From the NCBI GenBank assembly GCA_032718475.1, contig JAUCBJ010005823.1, positions 1 through 45,157 of the forward strand: a stretch of 45,157 bases of DNA, in the 5' to 3' direction. The translations under genes were made by a program, and so were the position numbers. This stretch comes from Nemertoderma westbladi (lineage: Eukaryota; Animalia; Xenacoelomorpha). Shown in pieces: positions 11,518 through 21,088 of the stretch. The notes beneath the pieces were generated by a model, which worked only from the letters and a program-made list of their open reading frames with translations, did no database searches and was not told where the DNA came from. How positions within the stretch are numbered: position 1 is the first letter of the stretch; each line of letters opens with the position of its first letter.

Positions 11518-12748
11518 TTAAAATGAAATCGCCAATACAACAGAGTCGGCAAGTTCTTGATTCTCTTCTGATAGCGCTTCGTAAAGTTCACGGTAAAACG
11601 TGTTGTCATTCTTCCTGGAGACCAAGTAGTTATGGTTTAGCCATGAACGTTCGATTGGCATATAAAATATTGCGCAAACAAGATTACTCCATGGCCGGTC
11701 TGACGTTACAGAGTTTTTAAAGCGAACGCCGCGAGCGAAGCGTTTGTATGCGAGGTGATCCATGGAGTGGGCAACCGAACATATAAAGAACAATTCGGGG
11801 TCGACAGGCACGTTATGTTTGAAGACGAGACGGTGAATATGTGTGCGAGCCACCAACATAAAGCGACAATAAGTTGATTCATCCTTCCAAGAGTTCAGAG
11901 ATTCTTTGTTATGCTTTGGGGGTCGTTGACCTGCAGCATTGAATGACAAAATTTTAAAGAACCAATTAGGACAGGATTAAGTAAACAACACCCGGATAGA
12001 AATATGAATATTCATTAATTATTTGGCCATGAAGAAACATAGCGTCATATACAGAGCCACATTCCCTTCTGTTCTTGTATAACTCGTCTTGGAAAGAATG
12101 TATGACCGGGTGGATTCCCCAAGCCAACACCTGTTGTAAAAGGTTGAGCATCTCACAAACCTCTGTTATTCTCTTACCATTGAATTCGTAGCGCGTTACT
12201 GCACGTTGAGGCAGTTCGAACTCAACAAGTATCTCACCATCATACCGATCCTCATGGTAGATTGTTGCCAGATTTTCAAGATGTAAGCGAAATTTTTTCC
12301 GTTTATCATATTCCATACTCCTATCGCGGCATTGCAGCTGAGTTTGGGAGTTGGTAGGGACTATGTAGATCAAAAATGACGATTCAATAATTAAATCAAC
12401 TACGTGACTTTCTAGAGGACGTACATTCCAGAAGGGGAAGATGTATAGACGAATGACATATAAGAGAGCAAAAAATGTATGAATTTCGTAGTTGAGTTTC
12501 TGCAGACTAAACATAAAAACGTGCCAAGCAGTCACTTCGGTTGGTGTCAAGTAGCCAACATCGTGCTGGCTGAGTCCTTTTCTTTTATTAATCGTGTAGT
12601 AGACATAAAACCCATTACCAAGTCCCCACATCATGTAGCTCAGTATAAAGATACCGAGAGCCGGAAATATTAACTCATTCAGAAAATATATCATTTTTCT
12701 TTTGAAAACGCCGTTATCGTTATAATTGAGATATTTCCCTGATTGCAT
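11518..12748 (-). pseudogene. Unidentified ~409-aa protein (N-terminal TM segments, HPVIH and HSMDH motifs) split by one +1 frameshift near 11977; pseudogene, null allele or sequence error
   Basis: The 260-aa and 143-aa ORFs are adjacent on the same strand. Removing 1 nt (or the 4-nt TTAA) in TAC TTA A TCC TGT CCT AAT TGG gives one continuous frame ...YPGVVY(L)SCPNWFFKILSFNAAG.... The region is more GC-rich than its flanks and free of repeats. Confidence 0.65.
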
Positions 12749-13149
12749 GCCTACAGACTACAGACTACAATTATTTGGAATGATATTAATAATTGATTAC
12801 CTTCTTGAGCTAAAAATGTCCCCAATGTTTATTGTCGGAAGTTGTTGAGAAGTTACGACTGGCTGACTGGGATTGCATGCGTTTAGATTTTTCCCGGCAA
12901 AACAAATTGAATTAGGAAATGTAAAAAATTAAATTATTTAAGACATGAAACGAAAGACCATCAAAGCATAACAAGGTTTACACTTAATTTGAAAAAGAAT
13001 ATCCACACACTGTTTGTTATGTTTTCAATGCCGGTATTAAGTTCAAAATGGTCAATCACAAACAGCAAATATTACTTACAGTCTCCATTGTGTGTAGGCC
13101 TATAGATAGAAAACCCTTACCAAAATGAAATTACCATAATGGGAGAATC

Positions 13150-13397
13150 TTTTAGGCTCGTTAAGCCAAGGAATGCCTGTTCACCACCATGGGTGATCTT
13201 CCACAGTAAACCCTTCCACTCTGTTTCCCAAGTTGCCTTGGTTCCCATTTATCGACCACTGAAGGATGAAAGCCGGGGTTGGGCTAGGCTGCAGCATTTA
13301 AAGCACTGTGCCCAAACAGTGCTGCCCCATCTAGGGATCGAACCCGGGCTCCCTAATCGGATGCACAGTAATGTCACCACTAGACCAAGCTACTGCT
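13150..13397 (-). mobile_element. tRNA-derived SINE
   Basis: The minus strand has A box TGGTCTAGTGG and B box GGTTCGATCCC. The body GGCTTTCATCCTTCAGTGGTCGATAAATGGGAACC resembles the conserved Meta/Sauria-SINE central domain (inference). Confidence 0.75.
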
Positions 13398-14069
13398 TGC
13401 TACTGTAATTACCATAATGCAATTAAAGTAGCAACTATGGTCAAGAATAGAATACTCAGAATATTTGTGATTAATCATTTACAAATTTAGATGATTAGAA
13501 CTGAATCATCATTAAGGGGGAGGAGGGTAGAACCCCCCCCCCCCTGAACAATTTATTAAAATTATTGCCAATTAGGATTAGAGATTTCTATTTCTCTCTG
13601 AGCTCTAACCACTGTATGGAAGGTCAAATAGCCTTTATTCTAAAAGTGGAAAATTTATTGCCTCTCCCTAGAGGCTAGCGTTGGAATTAAATATTTCGCT
13701 AAAAATGCTACAACACCCCTTGACCAACTATAATTATAGTAGGTAAGTACATCCTCAATCTTAGACCTAATTTCGTGAAACTAACTTTTTTGGACTAAGC
13801 GCCATTGTCCAAAAAGTAAAGGGTTATTGACAAATTTCTTGTCTGACTTAGTCTCTAATGTTTGAATAGATTTCTTAAGATTTAAATCGATGATATACTA
13901 TTGAACCAAGCCCTATCGTGTTTATTTTTCATTTTTGGTGAGTATTTTTCCTCTTATTGCATGTATATTATGGTATTCTTCTGTGCACGGAATTGATAAA
14001 TTTTTGTTTAAAGTGGGGGGGGGGGGGGGGGGGTATACCTTTTTTTAATGACTGCCAATTAGTGGTAAA

Positions 14070-15220
14070 TGATAATATTGCTATTTTATCATGAGCCAAA
14101 AACGAAGAAAATTGGTTGAAAAATGACGGAGGAGTATTAATTTGAAAATGAAAAATTACATTCCGAGAAAATGCCCTTCAAAGTTTAAACCTACTGTACA
14201 GTTTGCGCCAAAATTGGCTGTCTGTGTTCTGGTTGGTTAATTATTTCTGGTACGAAGGATGCACACCAAGGAGTTAAAATTTTCATTACGGGGGTTTTAG
14301 GTTTTAGGTTTTAATGTTTGGTGGAATCTAATCTGTCTGTCTTTCTATCGGTTTTCTGCCTTTCTTACAATTTGACGGACAGACCGTCATACAGAAGAAC
14401 AGTGATAACTCGAGAACTGAAAGAGCGGTTTTCAGACTTGTAATCCCCACTAAATTCTACTCTAGATTAAATAAAGAAACAACAGTTTGTAAATTTGACC
14501 TAATTAATGTGGGAGGGGGTGGGCCTTTAATACATTTAACGTCAAGACCTATGTTTTACTACTTTATTTTGTTAATGTTTGATAATTACTATATTATTGA
14601 TAATATTATGATGTTAAATATACCAGTTGTTTCAGCTTAACTAACTAATTACTGAAGTTATCTTATAGAATTTTTAGTTAGTCTTCTAATTTTAAATACT
14701 TAATTTAATTTTTTAATACGTTTTTTGATTAAAATCGGCGAATTAAAAAAATGGAAATAATTATCAAAATTCCATAAGATAATTTTTAAAGAACAGCCGA
14801 AACCCTTTCAAATGAGCCAAACATAATGAAATTGGTTGAAAAATTGCGGAGAAGTAAAATGTAATTCCGAGATTATAAATTGCATTCAAAGATTAACCTT
14901 CCCGTGCAAAACTGGCTGTCTGCGGTCTGGTTGGTTAATAAATTAATAACGATTGAAGCACACCACCGCACCGAGCTGAAATTTTCTTTACGGGAGTTTT
15001 CGGGATCGCTGATTTGATTTCCATTGCCAGTTTTAATGTTTGGTGAAATCTAGTGTGTCTATCTGACTGTCGGTTGTCTGTCTATCTTGCAATTTGTACA
15101 TACGGTCGGTCATACGGAAAAACAGCGATCACGTGATAACTAAACGAGTGTCGCTAAGCGGTTCTTGAGATTTGAAATCCTCATTAAATTCTTATCTAGA
15201 TATAGTAAATTAAAACAAAA
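14070..15220. repeat. Two diverged ~400-bp copies (~14070-14480 and ~14800-15220) of a DINE/Helentron-like body; a relative lies at ~24895-25155
   Basis: ATGAGCCAAAA...AAATTGGTTGAAAAAT at 14090 and 14812, TGGCTGTCTG..TCTGGTTGGTTAAT, TTTTAATGTTTGGTG.AATCTA and CTGTC microsatellite remnants occur in both copies. Confidence 0.7.
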
Positions 15221-15495
15221 ATGAGGAAATTTGTCTCGGAGGGGGTTATACACCCATTAATGTCCTTAAAAATTGTGTACTAATTGTTTGATACGCCATA
15301 ATTAATTTTTCAATAACGAACGATTATAAAACTCGTCAATAAAATATAAATGTGACAATCCAAATCCTATTAATCATTGTATAACATTACCGAGGGCTGC
15401 CAACTTTACCTAACAATAACTTGGAGTGCCAGAAATAATTTACATCCACCATTCATTTATGATCAACTATATAAAATAAGTATATTGTGAGGTCA

Positions 15496-15633
15496 TGTGA
15501 GGCGAGCCACGAAAGTAAGCGAGCTTAGCATACGGGCACCACTAACTCAATCGGTGTGTCTGTTGTGGGGCGAGCCACGAAAGTAAGCGAGCTTAGCATA
15601 CAGGTACCACTAACTCAATCGGTGTGTCTGTTG
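15496..15633 (+). repeat. 68-bp tandem duplication of the DINE-like terminus seen at 110-162
   Basis: TGTG[A/G]GGCGAGCCACGAAAGTAAGCGAGCTTAGCATAC...CTCAATCGGTGTGTCTGT at 15496 and 15564. Confidence 0.85.
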
Positions 15634-15705
15634 TTCTAATCTATCCAATATTATTAGGCTTGGCATCAGCTGGTTGCTAGTATATATCATGTGCATTTCT
15701 GTCAT

Positions 15706-15806
15706 TTGGGCACAGCTTTGCAAAGTCGGCAATGACGTCCAGGTGGGGTCGAACTGGTGACCTCCGGGTTGGAAGCCTGACGTTCTAACAATTCAGCTAG
15801 CGGATC
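15706..15806 (-). mobile_element. tRNA-like SINE head (partial second copy at 16170-16237)
   Basis: The minus strand reads GATCCGCTAGCTGAATTGTTAGAACGTCAGGCTTCCAACCCGGAGGTCACCAGTTCGACCCC, with A-box- and B-box-like motifs but no clean acceptor stem. Confidence 0.6.
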
Positions 15807-16102
15807 ATTTAAAAGGTAGACCTGGAAATACTATCTGATACCTTGTATGTTTTAATTTACCAATTTACCTTCTTATTGCTTCCCATCTGTCAATACCATC
15901 CTATGCTGCCACTACTGTGCACACTGCTTAACCCTAACTGTACTTATCCTTCTTAAACCACTTAAAATAACAACCTTCACAACCGCAAATAAAAGGGCAG
16001 TGTATCTTAATCATGAACCATCACGGCCACAATGATTGATTATTCTCTTTAACTACTGATTTAGGCAGGACAGTTACACCCATAGAGAAATGCGACCGAT
16101 GT

Positions 16103-16312
16103 ATTTTTATAATTTATTACTGGTGTTTTGGGTGAATGAGTGATTTCATATAATTAGTAATAAATTTGTTGGGCACAGCTTTGCAAAGTCGGCAATAACG
16201 TCCACGTGGGATCGAACTGGTGACCTATGGGTTGGATGTTATAATAATTATAAAAGTTTTAATAATATGAAACCACTTATTCGCCCAAAACACCACTAAT
16301 AAAATATAAAAA
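16103..16312. mobile_element. Small AT-rich inverted-repeat element enclosing a SINE-head fragment
   Basis: TTATTACTGGTGTTTTGGGTGAATGAGTGATTTCATAT pairs with ATATGAAACCACTTATTCGCCCAAAACACCACTAATAA. Confidence 0.6.
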
Positions 16313-16888
16313 CAAAAATAATTGTCACTTTAAATCTTTTACGGACGCAAACGCTATAAAGTGCTATTATATAAACAATGACTTACAGTACAGTAGTTCA
16401 ATTAATTAAAAATTATTGGTTCAGTAACAACTGGGACTTGGATGCTACAAAACCCCTGTGTAATTGCTTCTCTTTTTGTTTATTATCTTTATTATTCAGT
16501 TAAGGTCATCAATTCATATTCCTTACTAGGCGTCCTACGGGTAGGCATACCTTTAGCTCTAATACAGTACATAAAGTGGGTCTGTAGTGTTATACAGTAG
16601 GTTTAGTCTATTATTATTATAATTCTAATAAGTACGCGATTGTCCTCGCCTTCGGTCTCTGCAACTGGATCGAGCTGAGGCTGGTGGAAGGGTGGAGCTG
16701 GAGCCACACCGGGTGGTATACCTTTACAACACTATTCCAGGGCAGGGAGGTTAAACTTTTATTAGCATTGCAAATAACGAACGAAAGTGCTATTGTGTTG
16801 TGCATTATAATGTCCTGCATGTTTCACTTTTACTTGTATTGTTGATAGTACTGTATGTAGAGTGTATTCTCTTGCAATAAAGAAATAA

Positions 16889-17015
16889 TTTTGCCGAAAC
16901 GCAACCTTTTGCCAGAAACGCAACTTTTTTGGCGAATCGCGACTGTTGCCGAAACGCAGCTTGTTGCCGAAACGTAACATTTTTGCCGAATCACACTTTT
17001 TTGCAGAAACGCGAC
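16889..17015. repeat. ~18-20-bp degenerate tandem repeat (TTTGCCGAAACGCAAC), probably transposon subterminal repeats
   Basis: About 7 units are seen directly. Confidence 0.6.
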
Positions 17016-17199
17016 GACACTGTTTCAAGGGCGGTAAATACGTGAACTGAACGATTTGCTCTTTCGGCCATTTTTTTATATATTTTTGGTCAGAAATCCC
17101 CATAGATTAACCGATGGTTAAGATGATTAATTAATCTCTACTGAGATTGGTGGATTCTAGATTTAATTATCACATCTCGTCATGTGCTACATTGTCACG

Positions 17200-17442
17200 C
17201 TCTCGGTAAAGTTGTATATGTACATAGTGTAATTACGTTTTATATTGGTTTTAGGTTAGCGTAGTGTAATATTGTATTTGTAACCAAGTAACATAAAGGA
17301 CCCCCTTGGAAATAAGCTGCAAAGCTTTAGGGGTAATCCTATATGTTATGTTGGACAATACCTTTATACCGGTACATTGTTTGGTGTATTTGTTATTGTT
17401 TTTACATAATGTATAAATAAATCTATCTATCTATCTATCTAT
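17200..17442 (+). mobile_element. 3' end of an L2/CR1-type LINE with a (TCTA)n tail
   Basis: GGACCCCCTTGGAAATAAGCTGCAAAGCTTTAGGGGTAATCC stem-loop followed by AATAAA and (ATCT)n. A similar GGACCC..TGGAAATAAGTTG motif lies at ~24226-24275. Confidence 0.5.
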
Positions 17443-18342
17443 GTGCCGATTTTACAGAAAATTCTATAGAATTTGTTTCCGGTAGAAATTGTGTAAATGA
17501 AAAATATCTCCTACTAATGTTTTTGGTTCACGAGGTCACGGTGGAACCCCTCACTAATGTGATTTTTCCTTTGCCGAGAAGCTTTGCTTACTTGCGGTTT
17601 GATTGGCTTTTCGGTTTGACTAAGGGAACACGGTTTACCATGGCATTATCTGTTTGCACGTGGTAATAGATTAACCAATAGAGGGTTTATTGGCTATAGG
17701 CCTACTACTGTACAACAACCGAATGTTACTTCGCTAAATAATATTGGTTGACCGATAACCTAACAGATATAAGGAATGCGGTAATAGTTACACTGTAAAT
17801 TATATAGGCCTATCTTTATTAACCAGTTAGGGAGTTATTTGCCCAGTTATTTAATTTAGGGTTTACCATCCCGAGGGTTAAATAACTAGGGCAAATAACT
17901 GCCTCACTGGTTAATAAACATGTTATTGCAGACTTTAAATTATAACTTGTTGCCATTATTTTTCTGGAGCAGTTCCAGTTACCCAACCACAACCGCTTCA
18001 ACGCATGTAGCAATCAAAGATTTCAAAAATAATAAAATGGGGCATGTAATTTTTGGGTAATAATATTTATTTATTACACTATACATTAACTATATTGATT
18101 GAAAATATATTGTTAAAATTTCAGCCAATCAAAAGCCAGATAAATTCATTAATAATGGGATTACCATCCACGGGCACCACCATCTCGTTTTACCAACGGG
18201 AACCGTTTTACAAATCCGTACCGTATTTTTATAAAGTTGAACATTACAAATTGAACATATTCTAGGTTCGCCAAGAAGTAAATTATTGTACAGTAGGTAG
18301 TCTCTAATCTAATCGCAATCGGATCCTCAAGTATTATGCAAA

Positions 18343-18527
18343 TGGGCGGTCGCACGAATCGTTATTAGGCCTACTAGGTGGCGGTCGCACGAATCGTTAT
18401 TAGGCCTACTAGGTGGCGGTCGCACGAATCGTTATTAGGCCTACTAGGTGGCGGTCGCACGAATCGTTATTAGGCCTACTCGGTGGCGGTCGCACGAATC
18501 GTTATTAGGCCTACTAGGTGGCGGTCA
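18343..18527. repeat. 35-bp minisatellite x5 (GTGGCGGTCGCACGAATCGTTATTAGGCCTACTAG)
   Basis: GCGGTC recurs at 18346, 18381, 18416, 18451, 18486 and 18521. Confidence 0.95.
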
Positions 18528-18897
18528 CAATAGAAAGGGACATAATGACATATTTCATAGTTCTGAGAAAAACGCGTTTAAAGATTGGACAATTTCTTGC
18601 AATAAAAAATCTTGTTATGAGGGAAATTTAATTTCGTTTTTATCGTATCTGTTTTTTTTATATTGTTGTCAAGTTATTTAGTTTTGAAACTCTAAGCTAT
18701 CGTGAAATGGGGAAGAGGAATACAGTATAATTATTAATCTATATAGGCCGGTAGGTTCTAAGGCGAAGGAGGCAAAGTCGACATTTACATATAGATTGAT
18801 ACCATTTAATTAGGTTAAACTGATTTATAGTGGTTTGAAGTTTAATGTTTGAGTTGCTAACATTGTTTAATTATAAGCTACTGGAATCTACTGGAAC

Positions 18898-19075
18898 TAC
18901 TGGAATCGAATCGAAATGGAATCGAAAATCGAACGAATTTCACTGGGTCGAAATCGAATCGAAAGCTATTTTTCCAGAAATCGAATCGAATCGAAAAATG
19001 ACGAAATCGAATCGAAAATCGAAAGAAAATATTCGATTCGATTCGACTTTTGAAATTTAAACGAAATCACAGCCT
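18898..19075. mobile_element. ATCGA-rich subterminal region ending CACAGCCTA, hAT-like MITE end
   Basis: Dense (AATCG)n motifs in both orientations, followed by a ...CACAGCCTA terminus. The family call is inference. Confidence 0.4.
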
Positions 19076-19203
19076 AGATTGATTGAATTAATTATGTGAT
19101 ATAGAAATAGAAATAAAAATAGAAATAGTTGTAGAAAGTAGTAGAAATAGAGAATAGAAATAGTTTGATTTAACTTTTTTGTGATTTAAATTTTTTGAAA
19201 TAT

Positions 19204-20330
19204 GTGGCTGGCCACGAGAAAAGGGACCTTATGTCGCAAAACCTGATTCTGAGATAATCGCGTTTAAAGTTTCCCTCTATTTTTGAACAAATTTAATTGG
19301 ATTATCTATTTAGAAATGTATAAAACGATGAGGGAAATTCAAATTTGTTCTGATATTCAAGATACCTAGAAAAGTCTAGATACCTAGAAAGTCAAGATAC
19401 CTAGAAATTGTCTGTATTTAGGACTTTAATAAATGGTACTAATACGGGTAGGTAGGCCTACAGTTATTTTTTAAATGTAATATGGCTGTCATTTTGCTAA
19501 TTTCTGTTCGTTAGTTCTGAAATTTTGTAAGCACCTACTTCGATAATAAGTGACACTGAAAAATGAAACCCAGACTGTAATATTCAATAGTCTACCGCTA
19601 GGGGGCGATAATGTTCTAGAATGTAATTTGCTTGTCATTTTGTTAATTCCTGTCCGTTTCTTTTGAAATTTTGTAGACACCTTCTACAATATAAAATAAT
19701 ACTGGAGAATGAATCCTAGACTGTAATATTCAATTGTCTACCGCTAGGGGGCAATAATGTTCTAGAATGTAAATTGATTGTCATTTTGGTAATTCCTGTC
19801 CGTTTGTTTTGAAATTTTGTAGACACCTACAATATAAAATGACACTGGAGAATGAATTCTATCCTGTAATATTCAATAGTCTACCGCTAGGGGGGCGATA
19901 ATGTTCTAGAATGTAAAATTTTTTTGAAAAAAAATTTATTTTTTTGAAAAAAAAATTATTTTTTTGAAAAAAATTTTAAAATTACAAATAAAAATTTTTT
20001 TTGGTTAGGGGCGTACATGTTTTTTTGAAAATTTTGCATAAATTTTTTTTTAATAGTTCATTAACAATATTAATAGTTTCAAAGTGTTAAAAGTTTGACA
20101 AAAAGCCGAATAACATTGACCTGCCTAACTATATAGCAAGAATTGCTATGAAATTATTAACCTTTTCAATTTTTTTAAAAACAAAATTATTTTGAAAAGA
20201 GCTACCCGAATTACCTTCACATAAATCGCTATAACTTTTTTTTTGGAAATAGATATTGAGACACCGTTTTTTTCGTTTTTTTTTTGTCGACCTCCGGTAA
20301 CATAAGGTCCCTTTTCTCGTGGCCAGCCAC
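19204..20330. mobile_element. Non-autonomous DNA transposon with 31-bp perfect TIRs and an ATAT TSD (Sola1-like), containing three ~145-bp internal repeats
   Basis: The left end is ATAT|GTGGCTGGCCACGAGAAAAGGGACCTTATGT and the right end is ACATAAGGTCCCTTTTCTCGTGGCCAGCCAC|ATAT. The internal units span ~19488-19915. AWWT TSDs are characteristic of Sola1. Confidence 0.85.
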
Positions 20331-21088
20331 ATATTTCTATATTTATTCTAAATTTTCTATATTTATTATTTTGCAGATTATAACACCAGAAATATCTGAA
20401 ACGCAGGTTAAAGTAAGCAATAATAACTACAGTAACTCACGTAGGCCTCATTGAGATATGACAATAACTAGCAAAGCTATAATAATTAATTTGAAGATTG
20501 CATTTTATTAAAAAATATCACTAATCATTGTTAAAATCTGATGTAAAAAATTAAATAAATCTAACGTATTTTAACGTAGGTATATGGTTCAATTCTAACT
20601 GTAAATTTTTAAGGAATGTCTGACATAAACCCAAAGTTAGATTAACGTTGGTGGGTTGTAGGGAAAGTGGAGATGGGCTTTATTATGTGGTGGTGGTGGT
20701 GGGGGGGGGGGGGGGGGGGGGGGGGGTTATATTGTTTCGTATTTTTAATCAAAAAGATTATTCTTCTAGAATATTATTAATAGAATTCAGAAACATAAGA
20801 ATGAGGATCCGAACAATATGTTTACAGTTAGTAGGTATGTAGTTTTACACCGAATTAACGTAACGACCGCTGGTGATATAAAGACTGATAGTTTAATAAG
20901 TAATATAAATGTATGACAGGTAAATTTGTAATATAATTTCGGATGTTTGAAAACGACACTAGTTAATGATTTATCAATAATTTATCTCTCAATTTATCAT
21001 TTACAACCTTATAATTTTTAGTTTATTGATTCAGCAGTCATATTTCTCATACACCAAATTGACAACCAAGGAACCAACTAACTTAATT

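Noticed and set aside
15730-15806. tRNA-Gly(TCC) gene
   Set aside because: The acceptor stem does not pair and a degenerate second copy with shared flank exists; better explained as a SINE head.
17595-17750. Cluster of CCAAT boxes as a promoter
   Set aside because: There is no adjacent gene start and such motifs are common inside repeats.
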